From: Styela clava
Lineage: Eukaryota
Assembly: GCF_964204865.1 (NCBI RefSeq)
Contig: NC_135264.1
Coordinates: 10,044,001-10,108,000, forward strand
DNA length: 64,000 bases
Direction of reading: 5' to 3'
Positions 37,654 to 51,610 of the stretch are shown in pieces. Position 1 is the first letter of the stretch. Every line of letters starts with the position of its first letter. Both the position numbers and the translations under genes were made by a program. A model generated the notes under the pieces. The model was given only the letters and a program-made list of their open reading frames with translations. It had not been told where the DNA came from and did not search any database.

Positions 37654-40600
37654 TGTGCTACAGTTTTTTAACTGTGAGTGTAAAATTTTGTTTGAAATGA
37701 TAATTCGTTGTATAGAGATTTACTGTAGGAAAAACCACAGGCTTAGTCTGTCAATGTTGGGTGCACTTTTATATTGCATTTACAATGTTTACATTATAGT
37801 ACAGTGTCAGTGATTCCCGGATATCATATTTCGTTCCATATATATATAAAATTCCTATTCTATTATTTGTTCAATCTTTGAAGAACTCTTAGCCAGTTTT
37901 TTGGGCAACTTACTATGCTTTTGCACAGTTAGTATGATTTATATGGTGTCTATGATGATTATTCAAATATTACCAAATAACGGATCAACATCAGTGGAAC
38001 CGCACCAAATATGAAGCACTATTTCTGAATTTCCACCTCGTAAATAACAAAATTCCTGAGAAACGCTGTTATAGGGTATCACAGTTCATTTTTTTGGTTT
38101 AATGAATGCCATTTTTTAAAGAAATTTTACAACACGAGTAAACATGTTATACATAACCAACCCATATTACACCATAAATAAAGTAATATTGAAAACCAAT
38201 GAGAATGAGATATTTCTATATTGCGGATTAAAATAATAAGACATTATCTAGCAAAGTGGATAATTTGTATAATTGTTCCCCAGATTGAAAAATTTTGGCA
38301 AAGGTATGATTACATCACTTAGAAGTAATAAAGACGGTATTTTCCGGTTGGCGCCGTGTTCCTCATTTAGCTGAAACTTGAAACCAATTTACACCTGAAG
38401 ATTACCTCGAATGACAAAATTTAGTTATATTCTCACCGATCACGGGAGATGGGTAACACTTATCCCTTTATTCACTAAAAAAAAAACAAAGTTTATTTTT
38501 TAATTTCTATGTTATTTGAACTTATGTATAAATTTTGTAGTTTCTAAAGTAAGTTTCTAAAGTACGATAAATTGAATTGGGTAAAAAAAACTTTGATGTG
38601 CTTCATTCAACTGATGTTGGGCATATAAAGGTGTATTCAATGAAATAGAAAAATTTAAATAAACAATGATTGGAATAAAATAAATCTGGTTAAGAATCCT
38701 AACTTGGGAAGATATGTTGGGAACTGAATTCATAACAAAATTTTGATGCCAACAGGACTATTTTTTGCCTATATGACTTGTAAAAATATACTGCATTTTG
38801 TGCGTCTTCCAAGCATTATTTCTTAGTGATCTATAGACCAACCGTAGCTTTCAACTTTTCATTCAATATTATTTATAAGTAGAGACAATGTGAATGACTT
38901 ATGAATGCAATAGTGCATAATAGTTTCCGCGTATATAAAAAAGGGTTATCAAGTTACCCATGGATATGTACACCCACACAATATTCTTGCGTTCATGCGG
39001 AAAATACTTCCAGTTTGTGTGAAGCGTTAAACCGCGATAATAACTTAGCATAAATGGTGGCTTGTCGATTACCATGTGAAAATATTTTAAATAAAATTCA
39101 ATTTTTTGTGAGAATTTTATGGATCATAACACAAAGTGGTATAAATTTGTTTTTTCTTTCAATTATGGCCTGCAAAAGAGACTTAGTGGAAAATTACCTC
39201 ATTTGGTAAATCCATGAGGGTTTTCCTAATATAGATATTACCTTTTTCCTAATGTTAATTTTTGGTTATGAGCTCTCTCAGGTTTCCTCATTTGTGTATA
39301 TTCATTACACATGCATCTAAGATACTAATAATAGGTTGTGACTAGTGGGTTCAGTTTATTCCGCTAATTGCCAAAAAAATAATCTAACCCAATTATAGAC
39401 TGTTATTATTCACAAGTATGTGTTAGGTATCTACCAGAACAGTTCGGTATAGAATTTTTGAATTAATTTACATCATAAAAAAATCTAAATGAGAAAAAAA
39501 TTAAAATTCTGCTACCCTAGTTTTTCAAATAAAAACTTCATTTTACTGTCTACATGGCAGACTTTTTCTGAATATTGCATAATATTGTTTTAATTTCCAT
39601 ACACCTACATTAGTTTCACGAACAATATGAACTCGTGGAAGGATGTTATGGCTGATTTCACTTTTCCTCAACTGGTGGTCAGAAAGACAATTTTGTTCCC
39701 TTCTAAATTAAGTATAACTGTAACACATTCTTTCACAGCCAAAAAAATGTGACTTTGTGGTATAAATAATATTTTGGGCCAAGTATGTATAAATAAAATC
39801 CGAGGTTTATTAGTCTAATTCTTCCCCAACCCATGCCTGGTCTTAGAAAAATGATTTTAAGCAGTCTAAACAGGTCTAAACGTGTCTGCAATGCATGGAA
39901 TGTGACATTAAAGAGTGTTACATACATTGCTTAGGCTGTGTTTACTTTCGTAAATCAACCATGGCGCATGGTAATGCTACCTCGTCAACCAGTCAAAAGG
40001 TCCTGCCTTATGAATGTATGTATGCACAGAGATACACCAATGTGAAAATTTTAATAAATTTTTTTTTTATTTTTTCAATTTTTGACTTATGTATGATACG
40101 GGTAATAATATTAGTACAAAAAACAAAAAGGTAAACGTTATATGAAATTGGGAATATGAAGGTCCTTGTGTTGTGTAGTACATATTAATTGATCAAAAAA
40201 GCTATTTTGTTTCAGTAATATATCGTTGAAATCGATTCTGACCAATCTAATATCTGATATAAAACAGTTTCGAACATTTACATTTGTTTATATTATTCAA
40301 TTCGCCTATAGGTTTTTGAATCATGTCTGACCAACCATAATTTAATTGTAAAATTTATTTTATGATCTATTAGGTTTGACCCTACCAACCATTCTAATAT
40401 ATCTCTGCAATTTATTATAGAAAGGTGATATAGTATGCTTGTTTTATGGATGGTTCATAATTGATAAAACAAGGTTTAAATAATTGGAACAATGATTGTT
40501 TTCATTTGATGCGGTTTAAATGATAACAGACTTTAGCTTCAGCGTCTGTTTACAATAGCAACAAGTATTTATACCACTGTTTCCTTATATGGGATTTACA

Positions 40601-43600
40601 TCGGAATCTTTTGACTTGAAGAGGTCAAAATGCGGAATTTTTAACCTTTGTAAATGCATTAACGGAATTTGATCCGTCGTATGATCCTGTTACCAAATTT
40701 TGACATGCTTCATTGAATTTTGTCACGATCACTGAGTTTTATAACAGCACAGTTGAAATTTAGTAAATTTACACGAGAAGGAAAAATCAGTTTTGCAAAA
40801 TTGAAAGCTGTCTAGTAGTATATAAAAATGAAGGAATTTATTGCAATCTGGTTTTATAGTCACTAAATGTATTTGCATTCCATGTCCTACATCTATTATT
40901 GCAGTATGATTTTATAGTCACTAATGTATTTGCTTTGTACGTCTTATAAGTAGTAAAAATAGGTATTGGTGGTAAGATGACTTCAACTTCTCCACTTTGT
41001 GTAAGAATAGTGTTTACTCGCTTTTTATTGGGAGCTGAATACACTTATGTAATTGTAATTGGGAGCATAGCATGCAGTGAAATGAATGCCCAAATATACA
41101 GACACAAAGGCCAAAATGAAGAATTATCAAATCTTTTACAGTACCAGCTAGTCATACTTATAGAAAACTCCCTGAATTCACTGACCACCAGACCGCTGAA
41201 ATGGATCATGTGACCGGCCATGTTGCGCAATTTCTTATTTTTGATGATATCACCACACACAAAAAATGAATCCCATAGTCACAAAGTCCATAGAAATTTT
41301 TGAAATAAATAAAAGTAGTAGATTTCTAGCAACAACAACGGTCATTAACCACTGAGAATTAATCTATCCAATAGATGAATAGAAAACACTTTTTTTTCAC
41401 AACAAGTCAGTATTTCGTTTTTACACAATACGGAAATACACTTAGTACATACAGAATGTAAAAAAATGTCATTCCAGGGAAATAAAATACTAGTCATTGA
41501 GCAGCGACAATCGTGGTTAAACCTAACGGTAACTCATACTGGTACAGAAGATAAAAATTGAACGATAAATATTAAAAAAGTTTGTGCCAAAGTAGGTCAG
41601 GCCCAACCTGATATATCCAAAAGATGTCCTATACCAGACAAGTAATAAAAAGCCAACTTTGAATTGAAAAAATTTCAGACTGCGAACTCATGCTATTGTT
41701 TGCATTCATATTATGTCGACGAATACCATTTCTTTTGTTTTAAAGCGTCCCGGCAGTCGGCATGTTGTCAATGTATATTGTTATAGATTCCACAAATTCT
41801 TTACTATTGTAAAATATGTCTAGTCAAGTATGCCATGTGCTGAGGACAAGATGACATCACTTTTATGCCATTGTTTTTTCGATACCTATTCATTATGATG
41901 TCATAAAACCGCTGCAATAAATTTTTTAAAATTTTGTGATGTAATTGGATCCCTGTTTAAGTTGAAAAATCGTTCCACCTGGAATATCTTTTGCTATATT
42001 ACCCTTATAGGGGTATATCAGTGGGAGCAATCAAAAAAAACACTAGAAGCTCAGAAATACTTGATGTTGTATTATCAAATTCTGCCTCAAGTAAACAATA
42101 ATTAGAAAATTAACCTAAATTTCATGGCTAGATCATTTTTCTTGTATTCAATATATTGCTGTAACTTGAGTTGGTACCATGGAAGATGAAATTGTAGATT
42201 TTTATTCTAAAACTTTTTCCTATTTTTCAGTGCTTGAATGAATTTACAATATTGATTAAAAAAAGATAGATGCTGCTACATTTCATCATATCGTATAGAG
42301 ACACCAAACTTCAACAAGAAAACTCCCAAAGTATTGAATTCTGACCAAAATGTTGACAATTTAAATCATTATATATATATATTATGTATTTGTTATAGTT
42401 GTTTCATACTGGATTCAATAAAAAGTTGCTTTGAACGAATTCATCGTATTGATTATGACATAATAGTGCACTAAAATTTAGATGCTTGTTGCATAATTTG
42501 AATTTTGTTATGATGTGTTTAGGGTGTGATAAAATTTCACGTAATTTTTGGATAAACAATATGACAACCGCACTTATTATTAGTTCGAAATCCAAGCAAC
42601 TAATTGAATGTCTATACCAGAATTTAAAAAGAAATATCAGTCAGTGCTTGATAATATGTTGTTTCATACATATCTTCATGAATATAGTGTTTTGTTATGA
42701 ATGAATGATCTCCAGTCTTCCCCAACGTTATATATATTGTCTTGATATTTTTGATAATGTTCCTTTTAAATGGTAGAATTGCCTGAAGGTTTGTGGCAAA
42801 AGATCAATTATATGAAAGTCTTGTTATTGATAAAGTACATTTAGCAACTGCTTGGTGATTTAAAAATGTCACACATCCTGTTTAAGATTTTTTTTCAGTG
42901 TATTTGACATCATGAATTTGTTGCCTCAAAAGTATACAATAAATCTAATTGGAAATTTTTCATGTAGTTCATAACATATAACTTGAAAATGGCAAAATGC
43001 TCGACGTTTAAGCACAAACAACAGATCTCTACCATCTCTTGCAAAACTGGTTTCTATGTGTATAATATTAGAATTTGCATGAAATATCCTATCCCTTTTT
43101 TATATTTATGACAAAAATGCATCGCCTTGTTTTTATCATTATTTTTATTGTAGCCTATGTTTTATTAAAAAAAATTTACACTGTAATATTATTGCTCTAT
43201 CAGATCATAAAATCACAGAAAATATGTTTTTGTTACCTTATGCTGTAACAATGCCACATTAAAGCCTGTATTTCGATTAGTTCGGTATTCAAGATTTTTT
43301 TCTCCCTTTCCTATTATGATGTTTCGAATATTATATTTTATAGCCGGATTGTGGTAACAAAAGGTCATTCCAATTTTATGAATAGAAAGGAGCCTTGGTT
43401 TGAGTATTACTCGGACAGTTTAATATCTTTGCCTTTATAAAGGACTATATCCCTGCCATACATAGAATATTGTACCCGTTTTGTTTTTATTTTATATATG
43501 AAGTGTGTGCATGTGGGGATGATCGTGTATGTTTTATCTTTTATCGTATTATTCATTTTTCTTCTCTTTTATCGGAATTTACAATATAGTTTCATGTGAT

Positions 43601-43875
43601 TTAATTTGTTGATTTGTAGTTTGTTCAGGCTGGGTAGTTGGACACATAAGAACAACCTATTCGTATTAGCTTTTTATGCACAAAAAATATATTGTCAAAA
43701 AATGATTTTAGTTAGTTGCCACAGCAACTATTGTGATTTGGAGGGTGATTGAATTTTTGATGAAGATATAAGCAGTGGTGTGAAGATATGCAGCTAGGTA
43801 GCATCCAAATTGCTCTCCTATTTACATCCACTGCAATATACCGGAGGTGAATACAAAAGTGATTATATATTCAAG

Positions 43876-44139
43876 TAGGATAGGATTTACATATTTATCC
43901 TGGGGGAGAGGAAGGCCGATAAGACTGCTCAATCTTATGGCGAACCATGTCCTCTCTTCCGGTTGTCAGTCAGGTATGGCCAGCGATTGCGTGAACTACC
44001 CTACGGCGGCGAAGAGTCTGGCAATCCTCTCGCACATTACCATCCCCGCATAGGATTCGGACCTGCAAACCCACGCACGGTAATCAGAGGTGCCGTGGCG
44101 AACGTATCCCTAACGCCTTACACGATACGCCACACCGCC
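43876..44139 (-). mobile_element. Diverged, internally deleted copy of the tRNA-derived SINE
   Basis: Aligns by eye to 51100-51451 (TAGGATAGGATTTACATATTTATCC... GCAATCCTCTCGCACAT... CCACACCGCC) with substitutions and a central deletion. Confidence 0.85.
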
Positions 44140-45216
44140 AAGCATAATTTCCTATGACCGGGTTCGTTGGATGTAAAGGTTGATTGGTCATTAATCCATG
44201 GGTGGACTACCTTAATTAAGTCGAGAGAAAGACATTTTGCTGTACAGTATTCCTGAATTACACAAGCTAAGATAATGGCATGGTGTTCCCAACTGTGTGA
44301 CACCCACTCAATGGTAATTTCTAATGCCAGTTTCCATGAGATTCATTCACCCTTCAATTTTCATATTTGATTGTAAGTTTTTTTTTCATTGTTACAATGT
44401 GCATAAACATGGCCAGTCCCCGCACTGACCAGGTTTCAACATCCCTCTTGCGTTGCATTTGCGTAACAAAGATATACCGTAAGCAAGAATTCAACTTTTT
44501 TTGTAAAAATATATTCATATTCAAATATTAGGTATCACTAAATAAAATACCTTGATATCAAATTACGTTCAATTGCTAATCAAAATAAAACCATTGGTTT
44601 ATCAAAATAATACAACCAGAAATGAAATTATTCCATACTGATACTCTATTGCAGTAGAAAGAATACTTTGTTATAATAGTTTTGAGTTGATTTCCAAACC
44701 CTTTTTTCTGAATTTCATCAGTTAAAATCAGAACCGACACCAAAATTTTTATAGTCAAAAATTAGTCTTCCAGTGTCTGGTGTTTGAGTTTTACTTTTCA
44801 AACTAAAAAGTCAGGAAGCAATATGGCCACAATATTTGTCAAATGGAATTTATTGTTTCTGACTAGCTTGAAAGTCTTGACAAAACCTATCTTCGACTTC
44901 ATCAGGACTGAGCTGGAGCCTTGAAAATTTCTTGAAGCTGAGGCCAATCAAGCTACCAGAAGTATTAGTGGCTCCAGTTCTGAAGAAGCTCAACTCCCAA
45001 GTTAGCCACAGTTTGATTATACTGGAGCGAACCATTCTGATTTCAAACCAAATATCCGGTTCTGAGTGTGACATGTATGCTTGAGAGTTGAGTAATGAAT
45101 AAGTTTGATATAAAAAAGGGTCAGGAATCCAACTAAAGCTTCAGTCACTTGATATTCATGTAAAACAGAGATGTTCACATCATCTAAATAGTTTAATCTA
45201 AATTCCACTCTACATG

Positions 45217-46152
45217 CTAAAGTCCTTTTATTATCTTCACTTTTGGTTGTTGCACTACTGTATTGAAGACATTTCCTTCAAATACAGTTCTATTAATTCG
45301 TTTAAACACCCATAAAAAGAGCAACAAAATGGTGGCATATTGGACCCATCCCCATTTGATTAATTCCCAAAATCCAGGCTGGTAGGTTATCACTTCTGTA
45401 GGATAAAAGACATCAAGTTGTAAAACAAAGGGCTCCGTGGGCAAACGCCCAGGCGACCATACACTGTACGAGTTTTCAAGTCTTGTGGTAATGTTTCTTT
45501 GGGAGTAGTTTTTTAGGATAGTAAATAAATCATAGCTTGAAGCAAAAGTGCTTGTCGAATCAATGATAGGAGTATTGAATCTAATGTCAGTGCCTCTGTG
45601 ATATAACGGCACTCTTTGATACAATCCAAGATCACCAGTCACCTTCGCCCCCGCCCCACCTAAAGCCGAAGATTGTGATACGTAAACCATGCTCTCCATT
45701 TCAAATGTTGACATTCTGTATAACTTGTAGTCAAAGATAACCAGAAGGTGAACACTAACAACCTGTTCTGAAGATGTGAGGGGAACACTTATATTAAGCG
45801 AGAGTTGATCGTTAAGACCATCACGATTATTATCAAGTTCAAAGGAAGACACCTGGGGAACACGTAAATTGCCTTGTAATAAATTGTTAAAATTTGCATA
45901 CGTGCTCCATGCAAAATATTCACCAGGGTTTGCAAGTTCCGCCACAATAAGAAGTTGTTTCTTATAAGTGACGTCTGGTTGTTCTTGATATGTGTTTGTT
46001 GTAATCCAAAATCCTTGGCTTCTGTATGCAATTAGCAGAGGTGGTATGAAAGTTAAAACTAACACTGCCAGGACATAGAAGGAAGCTTTCGACCAAACAC
46101 TCGACTTGTATCGATACAATGCAGGTAATGAGTAGATCTCAAACACGGCCAT
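45217..46152 (-). CDS. TMEM231: Transmembrane protein 231 (ciliary transition zone, MKS module), intronless CDS, 311 aa
   Basis: ATG at 46152, 7 nt after an AG acceptor (46160). PPLLIAYRSQGFW...YQEQPDV, DNNRDGLNDQL, YQPGFWELIKWGWVQY motifs. A probable non-coding upstream exon ends at the GTAAGT donor at 46960. Confidence 0.93.
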   Translation of the reverse strand: MAVFEIYSLPALYRYKSSVWSKASFYVLAVLVLTFIPPLLIAYRSQGFWITTNTYQEQPDVTYKKQLLIVAELANPGEYFAWSTYANFNNLLQGNLRVPQVSSFELDNNRDGLNDQLSLNISVPLTSSEQVVSVHLLVIFDYKLYRMSTFEMESMVYVSQSSALGGAGAKVTGDLGLYQRVPLYHRGTDIRFNTPIIDSTSTFASSYDLFTILKNYSQRNITTRLENSYSVWSPGRLPTEPFVLQLDVFYPTEVITYQPGFWELIKWGWVQYATILLLFLWVFKRINRTVFEGNVFNTVVQQPKVKIIKGL

Positions 46153-46269
46153 CTTGAATCTAAGAAAAATAAACAAGAAATAGCTGATGAAAATAAAAAA
46201 ATCATTACAGAATCAGAAAAGCGAATAAAGTTGTATGTACGGAAGTAAGGTTTAAAACATACAGAATTT

Positions 46270-46700
46270 TAACAGAATGGTGTCGCTGGAGGTAAACTGG
46301 GGGTTCAGGGATCCCCGGGGGTCCGTGACAACTGCACAGGGTACGAAACGATACGAAAAAAGTCTGATAGATATTTAATGATTGATTTCAATCAAAGAGC
46401 AATTGCAAATTTTTGGTTGAGCGTTGCGGACGAATATCCATTGCTGTCAGAAAAGGCAATTAAAATTTTATTGCCTTTTGCAACGTCCTACATGCGTGAG
46501 GCAGCATTTTCAACTCTTATAAATATGATGACAAAATACAGGTCAAGACCTAGAATCGAAAAATTTTGCAGTGGAAAGCAATCTAATCCATCACATTAAT
46601 GTCATTTGTGTTATAAATGGAAATTGATACATAGCGCGTATCCATCAAAATTAAGATTCTCGAATAGGGGTCCGCAGCCCAAAAAATTTGGGAAACTCTG
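46270..46700 (+). mobile_element. Deleted hAT (Buster/Charlie-type) transposon remnant in the TMEM231 5' intron
   Basis: 46378-46599 encodes the hAT C-terminal dimerisation segment FW...EYPLLSEKAIKILLPFATSY.REAAFS...KYRSR...KQSNPSH; right end AAATTTGGGAAACTCTG resembles a Charlie TIR. Left boundary approximate. Confidence 0.8.
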
Positions 46701-47340
46701 ATTTATATATTATGCAAAAATAAAAAGAATATATTTGCCACTCCCACACCTATATCTGTATATCAATGATTTCTGATTTTTTTTTTAAATTTCTCAATCA
46801 TTGACTACCAAATCAATAAACACAAGTAAACAGAAAAAATGATATTTATCAAAAATATCGCCAAGCTAATTATTGTTAAAGTTTACTTCATCCAAATTGC
46901 CCAGACAGAATTGCCAAAGGTGGCAAGATCACCTTTCACTTAAACATATTTTAAACTTACCAGTGATCTTAGGAGTAATGTAGAAGTCAGGTACCAATCT
47001 TGGATGTCAATTTAACTACCGTATATCACTAACATTTTACTAAATTTAAGAGAAACTGAGAAAGCCCACAACAAAGTTTTATTTTATAATTGGCTAACCG
47101 CTTGAAATAATGTACACAAATGCAAAAACGGGGAAATTTTAATCACGTGGGGCTAGTAGAGAGTCAGAAGTAAAAAAGATGTTAGGTAACACAGGTATAA
47201 ATGAACGATTTTTAACTACATTATTTCAAAACACATAAATGAAATTTTAAAAATTATTCAAATTTATGACATCGTTTTACATTTTAAAATTGGTAATGTG
47301 TTTGACGCAGAGTGGCAAGCAGTTGATGAACAGTACCGGA

Positions 47341-50300
47341 TAATAAGTTTAATAAGTATAAGTTTATTTCGACTCCATAATCAGCAAAACAATAAAATGA
47401 ATGCTAAAAATAAATAAATAAAAACTGATTATGAAATCAGGAGAGCGAACAAAACCTTAGATAAGGTTTAAAACGTACAGAATGTATATAAGATGGAAGG
47501 TTTTGCCAAGAAGATGTGGTACGTGTTCACTCACCTAAAATAATTGAAATATTTCACACACGCTCACACGCACCCACACACACAACCATATAGAAGTTAT
47601 TAAGTAAAGGGAACATGAAAAATTACATACTGGTAGTTAATAAAAAATAAATAAATAAAAATTACTTGCCACACCATATTAATAAATTTATCATGATTGC
47701 CACTGCCAAATTGATCAATTTTATAAATGGGAGTGAACAGTAAAGATAAACTTTTATAAAAAAATATATTGTCAAGCTGATTATAGATGGAGTCAAATGC
47801 CAAAATGCCCAACCAAAGTTGCCAGAATTGGGTGCATGAAGAGGTGGGCTAGACCACTTCATTGCCCAAACTAGAGCCTATTATTGCCAAATTGTAGTCC
47901 AGATTGCAATAAGTATTTAAATCTATCAGTAACTTTATAAGTATGAGTAATTATAATTAATTAAGGTAGAAAGACAGGGTATAGGAATATGTTGGTTGCT
48001 AAGGTTATAAGGTTTTTTTTTTCATTCTTAGATATTGACTTCTGCAAGGATAAAGGAATTAGGAATAAAGGAATTAGTATTGTTATTTCACAGGATCATT
48101 TCTTCATTTAATTATTATGGCGTAATAGGTTCAAGTTTATCGTGGATGAGACATCAGCCTGCGAATTTTGTTGTTGTAGACACCATTTATATTCAATAAA
48201 CTAGCCATTGTATTGATCATCACAGAACGACCTGAAAAACAGAAAACAAATCTGCGAGTAGGATATTCAAGGGTTACATATTTGGAAACAGCACTACCCT
48301 ACACTTTTGTTTAGAATTAATTATTATTTCGAGTAGATATTGATTATTAGTTATCTATCTATAAAACGCTAGTTCAAAGACCAGAGTTGAAATATGGTTG
48401 GGACACAGGGTGAATTCCTCGCAAACCATGCAGAAACTCTCAAACCACACTGACCATTCGTATGTTGGCCTTCACATCAACTTCACAGCAGAACCTCAAC
48501 CTAGGATAAAATTTTGTATACACACAAAACAAATCATAGAATACCACAACAAATTAAAATGAAGGGGAGAATCCAATATATCTCCACTGGTCGCCTAATT
48601 ACAATAATAGGTACAGGAGCTAAACTATACGGTCTACAACCCTCATAAGGTATCACACCACCCATATAGAAACAAAGATCATGCATGTGTAATGTCAAAA
48701 ATCCAACGTTAAGCAAAAAGGGAACATGCGCATGCAGATGTCAGAGTGTAAACAGCCATTTGAAAAATAAATAAATAAAATAATTTGCTGTGCATGCTAC
48801 AGAACCCGACACACCAACAATAGATGTAGAACAGGTGGAGAGAGATTAACTGCCGGCTCAACAACAATCAGCAGCTGCAGGAGCAATAGCAATATTGTAG
48901 CTGTTTAATATTTTCATGAAAATAAGTATGTGCAAGTGAAGAGTGTCCCAACTTTCTATCATGGTCATTCATGAAGGTTCAATATTTTTTGTGTCCGAGC
49001 TATCAAAACGTTGTAGCTAATTTCATACGAAAGAGTATATATATCAGTGTGGTTATGGGAAAATAACTTTTAATATTTGGATACCAAGTACGACTTAACT
49101 TGTTTCTGAAATGATTTTTTGGATTTTAATGACTTCAAATTCAAGGGGAGAGAGTTCCATAGCTTAGGTCCATTATAGCATAGGGCATGCTGGCTCACAG
49201 ATTTACTCATAAACGGTATAAATAAATTGGAATTACTTCTTCGATTGGAGGTGGTTTTGGTTAGTATGTCGTCAAAGCAGTTTGACAATGAGTTGTCATG
49301 AAAATCATAAACTAATGATAATACTTCAAATTTCATTATGTCTTCAACCTTGAGTATATTTAGCGATTTATAGAAATGATTTACGCTTTCACGTTTACTT
49401 TTCCTAAAGACAATTCTTAAAAAATTATTACAAATGCTTTGCAATTTCGAGACAAGTGTTTTATTACCATGGAGCCAGACTGAGCTACAATATCGGATAT
49501 GACTTAGTAGTAGAGATTGAAACATTGCTAGTAAAGCTGATTGATTAACGCACTGGGATACTTTAGCAGCAACTGCCAAGTTCCTTTTTGTTTCACCAAT
49601 AACATGCAACATTTGTGATTTCCATGATAGATTTTCATCAAAGATAACTCCTAGAAATTTTATTTCTTTCACTCTTTCAATTTCATTGTCATTGAGCAGT
49701 AGTGGTTTTGAACTACTCACACTTTTATGCTTGCTTGGGTGGAATAATACAAATTTAGTTTTGTTAGCATTAAGAGATAATTTGTTAACCAACATCTAGC
49801 TATGAATGTTGGTTAGTTCTTGGTTTGCAACTGTGAGTAGATCTTCAAGGTTTTTCCCATGAAGAATCAAGTCAGTGTCATCAGCAAACATGATCGACTC
49901 AGAGGATTTCAGACACCTGGACATGTCATTAATGTAAGCTAGAAAAAATAATGGGCCAAGTAAAGATCCTTGTGGAACTCCGTGCTTCATGACACAAATA
50001 TTTGTAGAGAATGAGTTGTCATATTGCACAATTTGTTTCCTGTCTTGCAGGTAGCTCCTGATCCAATTGAATGGGACGCCTCTAATTCCATAGTGATAGA
50101 GCTTACTTAAAAGGATGGAATGGTCAATGGTGTCGAAAGCTTTTGAAATATCAAGAAATATTCCAATTGCATGTTGTTTGCTTTCAAAGGCCTTGGTCAG
50201 TTTGTGTACCAAAACATTAGCAGCCATAGCAGTGGAGTGATGCTTGCGGAAACCAAATTGATGAGAGTGGAAAACATTGTTAGTTTCAAAGAAGTTTGAC

Positions 50301-50860
50301 ATTCTACTATACATTATTTTCTCAAGAATCTTAGAAAATGATGGTAAAAGACTAATAGGTCTATAATTTCCAAGATCTGAAACACTACCCTTTTTAAATA
50401 GAGGAAGAACTTTAGATGTCTTGAAGCTTTCAATGAATAACCCACTAGATAGTGAAAGATTAAATATATATGTCAGGATGTCAATGATATGTTCTGGAAC
50501 GTGTTTCAATACTTTGAATGGAATACCGTCAATTCCAAAACTTGACTTGGGCTTCATTTCGCGTATAATATTTTTTATTTCTAATGATGTAGTTGGCCTT
50601 AAAAACATGGATGAGGATTCTTGCTTTCCAAGATATGAAATGTAATTTTTGTCACAGCCAGCTGGTTGTGGCATACAGTCGAGCAGGGTTTGTGCCACTT
50701 GGGAAAAGTGTTCATTAAATTTATTTGCAATTTGTGTATTACTGCAATCGAGTCCAATCAAAGGACAAGAACCTGTTTTATTTTTACCAATAAGTTCATT
50801 AATTGTTTTCCATACTGCCTTGATGTTACCTTTGTGAGAGGCAAATTTAGATTTGATGGA
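47341..50860 (-). mobile_element. 5'-truncated non-LTR retrotransposon (L2/CR1 group)
   Basis: RT reading frame ~50855-49070 (YRPISLL, QFGFR, FLDISKAFDTIDH, GVPQGSLLGP, FADD). Probable 3' end near 47341: stem-loop AAACCTTATCTAAGGTTT, AATAAA and an (ACTTATT)-like tandem tail. The RT part is certain; linkage to the distal tail is inferred. Confidence 0.8.
49070..50855 (-). pseudogene. LINE ORF2 reverse transcriptase region, broken by one in-frame TAG at 49798-49796
   Basis: ORFs 49796-50761 and 49070-49795 abut in the same frame; the stop sits where a conserved Trp (TGG) is expected (NIHS*MLVNKLSLN). No endonuclease domain present. Confidence 0.9.
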
Positions 50861-51099
50861 TATGTGGTAACATCGTTTTTTGAATGCAATGCGTAATTTT
50901 TTATAATTCGCTTATTCAATTAATAAAAACGGCATGGCAATGTAATGAGAGGGACGAATAAAATTTCTCTGATTTGCGCAATATTGTTTTTACGGTCTGT
51001 GGCCAACCGGAAGAAACTCCATACACCACCAAACAGCTTTGCCAATGCATCATGCTGGCAGCGATTTCGAAAATCGACGTTTCGTGGTCTGTTCAGCAC

Positions 51100-51451
51100 A
51101 TAGGATAGGATAGGATAGGATTTACATATTTATCCCGGGGGAGAGGAAAGCCGACAAGACGGCTTATCCATATGGCGAACCACGGCCTCTCGTCCGGTTA
51201 CCATTCCAAGTCGGGTATGGGATTAGTTTTACTGTATTGTTTGTTTTCGGAAGCATGGACTTGGTGGTGGAGGAAGCCGTAACCGACCAGCGGTTACGTG
51301 AACCACCCAACGACGGCGAGGAGTCCAGCAATCCTCTCGCACATAACCATCCCTGCATGGGATTCGAACCTGCGAACCCACGCAGAGTAATTAGAGGTGC
51401 GGTGGCGAGCGTATTCCTAACGCTTAGCCCGTTGAGCCACACCGCCGCGCC
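51100..51451 (-). mobile_element. Full-length tRNA-derived SINE (copy A)
   Basis: Reverse complement of 51611-51963 with few differences; (TCCTA)n tail at 51100-51120. Confidence 0.9.
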
Positions 51452-51610
51452 ACATTACAGCATTAAGGTGTATCCAGCACTTTCTTTCTTTTATTTATTT
51501 TAAATTTATTATTTGTTCATAATCAAAATGTTTTGCATACTAATAATGATGTTGGGGTTGATATTTACCGAAATTTCCAATGTGTGGATAAGTACCGGCG
51601 GTGTACTGCT

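Noticed and set aside
41040-41205. Minus-strand QGVFYKYD...SSFWPL fragment reminiscent of the ERGIC2 C-terminus
   Set aside because: Short motif with several stops and a frameshift, and no other exons found; needs BLASTx.
49796-49798. In-frame TAG in the RT as programmed readthrough
   Set aside because: It falls on a conserved Trp codon in a 5'-truncated copy; a simple G>A mutation is more parsimonious.
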